Position numbers and translations under genes: made by a program | The notes under the pieces: model-generated | Told to the model about the DNA's origin: nothing | The model's database searches: none | What the model saw: only the letters and a program-made list of their open reading frames with translations | Shown: one piece after another, positions 60,130 to 64,000 of the stretch | Layout: the number at the start of each line of letters is the position of its first letter | How positions within the stretch are numbered: position 1 is the first letter of the stretch | DNA from: an uncultured bacterium | GTDB lineage: Bacteria; Methylomirabilota; Methylomirabilia; Methylomirabilales; CSP1-5 | DNA: 64,000 bases | Assembly (NCBI GenBank): GCA_964558395.1 | Contig: CAZLDS010000007.1 | Location: 6,099 to 70,098, forward strand | Direction of reading: 5' to 3'

Positions 60130-60972
60130 ATGACGTGGAGGGACACAACCGCAAGGGACTATTACCAACTCTTGGGGATTTCAGCCGAGGCGACGCCTGA
60201 GGAGATCAAGCGGGTCTACCGTCGCCTCGCCCTCGAGTACCATCCCGACAGAAACCCGGGAGACCGACGGGCGGAGGAACGGTTCAAGGAGATCAGTGAG
60301 GCTTATGGCGTCCTGATCGATCCCAAGAAGCGCCGCCAGTATGATACCTTGCGGCAGGCCGGTTTTCGACCGGGGGACGCGGGGTTTCGGTATCGCCAGG
60401 AAGACATCTTCCGGGATGTATTCAGCAACCCCTCCACCAGCGCCATCTTTGACGAGCTCCGTCGGGAATTTCAGCGGATGGGCTTCCGATTTGACGACCG
60501 TTTCTTCCAGCAGACCTTTTTTGGCGGACGGGGATTCGTCTTTGGCGGCGTGTTCGTCATGGGCCCAGGCGACGTCTTCTCAAGAACTTTTGGTCGTAAA
60601 CCTGTCGAACGGCAGCGTCGTGAGCCCGTCGAACGGCAAGCGCCCGATCGTCCTGCCCTGCCCGGGGGGGTGCTCAAGGCGGCGGGCAGGAAAGTAAAGA
60701 ATTTTCTCAGCGGCCTGTGGCGCGGAGATTGGATCACCACCCAGGGACCCGACCTCTACGCGGAGCTTTCTGTGACGGCCGAAGAGGCGCGCCAGGGAAT
60801 TAAGAAACCGGTCGCTGTGCGCAGAAACGGGGAGCGAGAGGAACTGCTGGTCACGATCCCTCCCGGGGTGGGGACAGGCACGCGCCTGCGGCTCAAGGAG
60901 AAGGGAACGACCGGACCGCACGGAACCCTCGGAGATCTGTACCTCACTATTCGAGTGCGAGAAGCATCCTAG
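60130..60972 (+). CDS. J-domain protein (CbpA-like, no zinc-finger region)
   Basis: [36 protein letters not shown] contains the HPD motif. A C-terminal DnaJ-CTD-like segment follows. ATG at 60130. Confidence 0.8.
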   Translation: MTWRDTTARDYYQLLGISAEATPEEIKRVYRRLALEYHPDRNPGDRRAEERFKEISEAYGVLIDPKKRRQYDTLRQAGFRPGDAGFRYRQEDIFRDVFSNPSTSAIFDELRREFQRMGFRFDDRFFQQTFFGGRGFVFGGVFVMGPGDVFSRTFGRKPVERQRREPVERQAPDRPALPGGVLKAAGRKVKNFLSGLWRGDWITTQGPDLYAELSVTAEEARQGIKKPVAVRRNGEREELLVTIPPGVGTGTRLRLKEKGTTGPHGTLGDLYLTIRVREAS

Positions 60973-61270
60973 TCCCGTTCCCGCTTGGTACGCTTTGATA
61001 ACCCGATTTGAGGAACCTGACTTGGTTCCAAGCGCCGTGATCGAGTGCCGCAAGAAAGTTGGGACAGATAGCTCGAACGGCGCTCGGCCTGCGGAACCCT
61101 TTTTCACCAGCGCCACCCTGCCGTGCCTTCAATCTGCTTCGTGCCCGTGCCTTCGTAGGGCCACCCGCTTGTGGTGACGAAAGACGCGGCGTGGTATCCG
61201 CAAAAGGAAATGCCGACAAGATATGCTATCGAGTCATCGGTGTAACCTCCCTTGAGGAAGGAGATAGCAG

Positions 61271-62179
61271 GTGAGAGAGAGTCTCCATTCGTATATGAAG
61301 GTGGGAATTGTTCATTTCATGGCCTACCCTCAGACGCTCACGGGGGAGGGGCCGATTGTGGAGACCGTTCGCCAAATCGCCGAGGACGATTTCTTTTCCG
61401 CCATTGAGATCACCACGATTAAGGATCCGAAGGCCCGAGAGGAGGTGACGCGCATCTGTGCGGAGAGCCATCTGGTTGTGGGCTATGGGGCCCAACCGAT
61501 TTTGCTCACCCGCAAGCTCAACCTGAACGCGTTTGAGCCAGCCGAGAGGACCGCGGCGGTCCACGCGGTGCAAGAGGCCGCCGATGAGGCATACGCGATA
61601 GGGGCAGGCGCACTGGCGGTCCTCAGCGGACCGGACCCGATCAACCGGAGGGAGGAAGCGATACAGCGCCTCGTCGAGTCCCTCACCGAGATCTGCGCCT
61701 ATATCAAGTCCAGGGGAAACCTCCAGGTCATCCTGGAAACTTTCGACCAAAAGGTCGATAAGCGGTGCCTCATCGGTCCCCATACGGACGCGGTCAAGGT
61801 CTCTGCCGAGGTCCGCAAGACCTACCCCGACTTTGGCCTTATGCTCGATCTGAGCCATCTCCCGCTCCAAGGAGAGACCTCCAAGGATGCGCTTCACGTC
61901 GCCAAGGACCACGTGGCGCATATTCATATCGGCAATTGTGTCACGAAAGAGGGCCACCCCGCCTATGGAGATCAGCACCCCCGGTTTGGCCTTCCCGGGG
62001 GGGAAAATGATGTCCCCCAGGTCGTCGAATTTCTCAGGGAGCTGTTCCGCATTGACTATCTCGGCGAGGGGAAGCGACCCATTGTGGCCTTCGAGGTGAA
62101 GCCCTTACCCGGCGAGTCGTCAGAACTGGTGATCGCGGGGGCCAAACGAACCCTCGTCGAGGCCTGGTCGCAGGTATAG
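61271..62179 (+). CDS. sugar phosphate isomerase/epimerase family (xylose-isomerase-like TIM barrel) protein
   Basis: TIM-barrel pattern with a metal-ligand-like E...D...H...E arrangement (LETF, LDLSH, HIHIGN, AFEVKP). GTG at 61271 is preceded by GGAAGGAGA. Confidence 0.6.
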   Translation: MRESLHSYMKVGIVHFMAYPQTLTGEGPIVETVRQIAEDDFFSAIEITTIKDPKAREEVTRICAESHLVVGYGAQPILLTRKLNLNAFEPAERTAAVHAVQEAADEAYAIGAGALAVLSGPDPINRREEAIQRLVESLTEICAYIKSRGNLQVILETFDQKVDKRCLIGPHTDAVKVSAEVRKTYPDFGLMLDLSHLPLQGETSKDALHVAKDHVAHIHIGNCVTKEGHPAYGDQHPRFGLPGGENDVPQVVEFLRELFRIDYLGEGKRPIVAFEVKPLPGESSELVIAGAKRTLVEAWSQV

Positions 62180-62289
62180 CAAATAGGAAAAAGCCGGTCC
62201 TCGACGGACGGCCACACCGAACGTGGAGCCCCGTGTTCTCCAGAGGACCCCGATTCATTTTTCATGTGCTGGGATGATGAGAAAATCGC

Positions 62290-62319
62290 TTGACAACGCT
62301 CCAGGAAAAAGACCATGAT
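62290..62319 (+). promoter_or_regulatory. candidate promoter of glcD
   Basis: TTGACA (62290-62295), 18-nt spacer, CATGAT (62314-62319). Confidence 0.4.
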
Positions 62320-62409
62320 TGTTCTCCAAACGCCATTTTAAATTTCCAATTCTCCATCTGAACAATGACACTCCTCCGCCGCGCGGCAGGGGAGCCACAG
62401 GAGGGGGCA

Positions 62410-63864
62410 ATGATTCAAGACAAGGCACGGATCATCCGGGAGCTTGAAAGGATTGTCGGGCCGAACGGAGTGGTCCACAAGGAGGACGAACTCCGGGTCT
62501 ACGAGACTGATGGCCTTACGATCTTCAAGGCCATGCCCGAGGTGGTGGTCCTCCCGAGCACAGCCGAGCAGGTAGCCGCGTTGGTCAAGGTCTGCGAGCG
62601 GGAGAAGATCCCCTACGTGGCGCGGGGGGCGGGAACGGGACTCTCAGGCGGTGCCCTCCCCCTCGACGGGGGGGTCATGATCGGGATGAACCGGATGAAT
62701 CGTATTCTCGAGGTTGATTATGACAATAAAAGGGCGGTCGTCGAGCCCGGGATGGTGAATGTCTGGCTCACCAATGCCGTGGGCCCTCGCGGCTACTACT
62801 ACGCCCCGGATCCCGCGAGCCAGATCGCCTGCTCGATTGGCGGCAACGTGTCGGAGAACTCCGGAGGCGTCCGCACCCCGAAGTACGGGGTCACCACGAA
62901 CCACATCGTGGGCGTCGAAGTGATCCTCCCGAACGGCGACCGCGTCCAGCTTGGAGGAAAGCCGCCCGACGCACCCGGGTATGACCTTCTTGGTGTCTTC
63001 GTCGGTTCGGAGGGGACGTTTGGCATTGTGACGAAGGTGATCGTCCGCCTCATGCGAAAACCCGAGGCGGTCAAGACTCTGATGGCCGTCTTTGAAAACT
63101 TAGAGGATGGATCGAATACGGTCTCCGGCGTTGTGGCGGCAGGAATCATTCCGGTCTCGATCGAGATGATGGATAACAACAGTATCGTGGCGGTGGAAAA
63201 GGGTGTGGGAGCGGGCTACCCCACGGACGCGGGGTCGGTCCTCGTCATCGAGGTCGATGGGCCGCAGGCCGAGGTGGAGGCTCTCGTCGATCCCATCAGG
63301 GACGTGTGCAAGAAGAACAATGTCCGTGAGGTGCGGCTGGCCAAGGACGATGACGAGCGCGCACTGCTGTGGAAGGGGCGAAAGGCCGCCTTTGCCGCCA
63401 TGGGCCAGATCAGCCCTGACTACTATGTCCAGGACGCGGTGATCCCTCGGACGAAACTTCCCCAGATTATGCAGCGGATCAGCGAGCTCAGTGCAGAGTA
63501 CGGGCTCCGAGTGGCCAATGTCTTCCACGCCGGCGATGGGAACCTCCATCCACTGATCCTCTACGATTCCAAAAACGAAGGGGAACTCCACAAGGCGGAA
63601 GAGATGGGGTCCAAGATCATGAAGGCATGTATCGCCATGGGGGGAAGCATCACCGGCGAGCACGGAGTCGGCCGAGAGAAACGGGAGTATATGCCCCTCA
63701 TGTACACCGACGACGATATGGAGGCCATGAAGAAGATCAAACGCGCATTCAACCCGAATGGGCTGCTCAACCCCGGCAAGATCTTTCCAACGGCTACGCC
63801 AGACGTCAAGGTCGGACCCGCCGGACAGCGCCCCATCGTCGACAAGGTGGTCGGACGGACGTAG
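62410..63864 (+). CDS. glcD: glycolate oxidase subunit GlcD (FAD-linked oxidase)
   Basis: FAD_binding_4 region (VVLPSTAEQVAALVKVC...ARGAGTGLSGGA) and a C-terminal GGSITGEHGVGREK. The likely start is the ATG at 62410. Confidence 0.85.
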   Translation: MIQDKARIIRELERIVGPNGVVHKEDELRVYETDGLTIFKAMPEVVVLPSTAEQVAALVKVCEREKIPYVARGAGTGLSGGALPLDGGVMIGMNRMNRILEVDYDNKRAVVEPGMVNVWLTNAVGPRGYYYAPDPASQIACSIGGNVSENSGGVRTPKYGVTTNHIVGVEVILPNGDRVQLGGKPPDAPGYDLLGVFVGSEGTFGIVTKVIVRLMRKPEAVKTLMAVFENLEDGSNTVSGVVAAGIIPVSIEMMDNNSIVAVEKGVGAGYPTDAGSVLVIEVDGPQAEVEALVDPIRDVCKKNNVREVRLAKDDDERALLWKGRKAAFAAMGQISPDYYVQDAVIPRTKLPQIMQRISELSAEYGLRVANVFHAGDGNLHPLILYDSKNEGELHKAEEMGSKIMKACIAMGGSITGEHGVGREKREYMPLMYTDDDMEAMKKIKRAFNPNGLLNPGKIFPTATPDVKVGPAGQRPIVDKVVGRT

Positions 63865-63873
63865 GAGACGATC

Positions 63874-64000
63874 ATGCGCTCTGAGGAAACCGTGGTTCAA
63901 CGGCTCAGCGGACTGGTGGGCCCAGAGCACGTGGTGACGGGCACCGAGGCGTCGGCCTTTGCCGTGGACGGTAAGGCGCCCACGGCCGTCGCGTTCCCCG
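63874..64000 (+). CDS. glcE: glycolate oxidase FAD-binding subunit GlcE, 5' partial (runs off the window)
   Basis: ATG at 63874, 9 nt after the glcD stop, with RBS GGAGA. The N-terminus ...LVGPEHVVTG...AVDG is typical of GlcE. Confidence 0.55.
   Translation, partial: MRSEETVVQRLSGLVGPEHVVTGTEASAFAVDGKAPTAVAFP

Noticed and set aside
60973-61270. Short direct repeats (GTGCCTTC twice, GTGCC three times) and a GGAACC-TGACTT-GGTTCC hairpin in the dnaJ-like/TIM-barrel intergenic region
   Set aside because: The repeats are too short and irregular to distinguish from chance. The hairpin has no U-tract.

Overview
GC-rich, densely coding bacterial chromosomal window made up mostly of long operons. 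I saw no rRNA, tRNA, CRISPR array, transposase, integrase or phage gene. All calls come from reading the ORF translations and the DNA by eye, and no database search was run.

Gene content, left to right:
- S1/P1-like nuclease, a lipoprotein, a YIP1-like membrane protein and aconitase (acnA, with a near-consensus sigma70 promoter).
- A tungstate/molybdate block: an HTH plus PBP-like regulator, a Mop/TOBE molbindin and tupABC. Convergent with it are two moeA genes, one fused to a PBP-like domain paralogous to the regulator's.
- A Tat-exported, Cys-type formate dehydrogenase operon: small acidic ORF, small TAT-target protein, fdhA, fdhB, NrfD-type membrane anchor and fdhD. It has an extended -10 promoter and a leader carrying an intrinsic terminator. 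Upstream lie a TorD-like chaperone and a 707-aa polyferredoxin with an MvhD-like domain.
- A cytochrome c followed by two secreted seven-repeat propeller proteins (FG-GAP type and NxxGxxAF type).
- mobA and rluB, then a visibly AT-richer accessory-like stretch with a membrane-anchored hypothetical, a fatty-acid desaturase, a TPR protein and small hypotheticals.
- A 1212-aa YyaL(DUF255)-aldo/keto reductase fusion, a PIG-L deacetylase with a coiled-coil protein, and thyX.
- A clear TPP riboswitch (promoter, aptamer and terminator) in front of a small Rieske protein and thiC.
- A tight operon on the minus strand: membrane protein, YjbQ, MqnE, MqnC (futalosine menaquinone pathway), a 766-aa B12-binding radical SAM protein and a signal-less BtuF-like protein.
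- An alpha/beta hydrolase, decayed azlC/azlD remnants and a TatD-like hydrolase.
- pdhA-pdhB-E2-lpd-lipB-TPR ending in a perfect hairpin terminator, then archaeal-type apgM, lipA, a J-domain protein, a TIM-barrel isomerase, glcD and the start of glcE.

Most unusual observations:
- The mqn, B12-radical-SAM and cytosolic BtuF-like operon.
- The terminator-containing leader in front of the FDH operon.
- The polyferredoxin/MvhD-TorD gene pair.
- The PBP-like domain shared by a regulator and a MoeA.
- Tandem heptanucleotide repeat arrays sitting in several intergenic regions.
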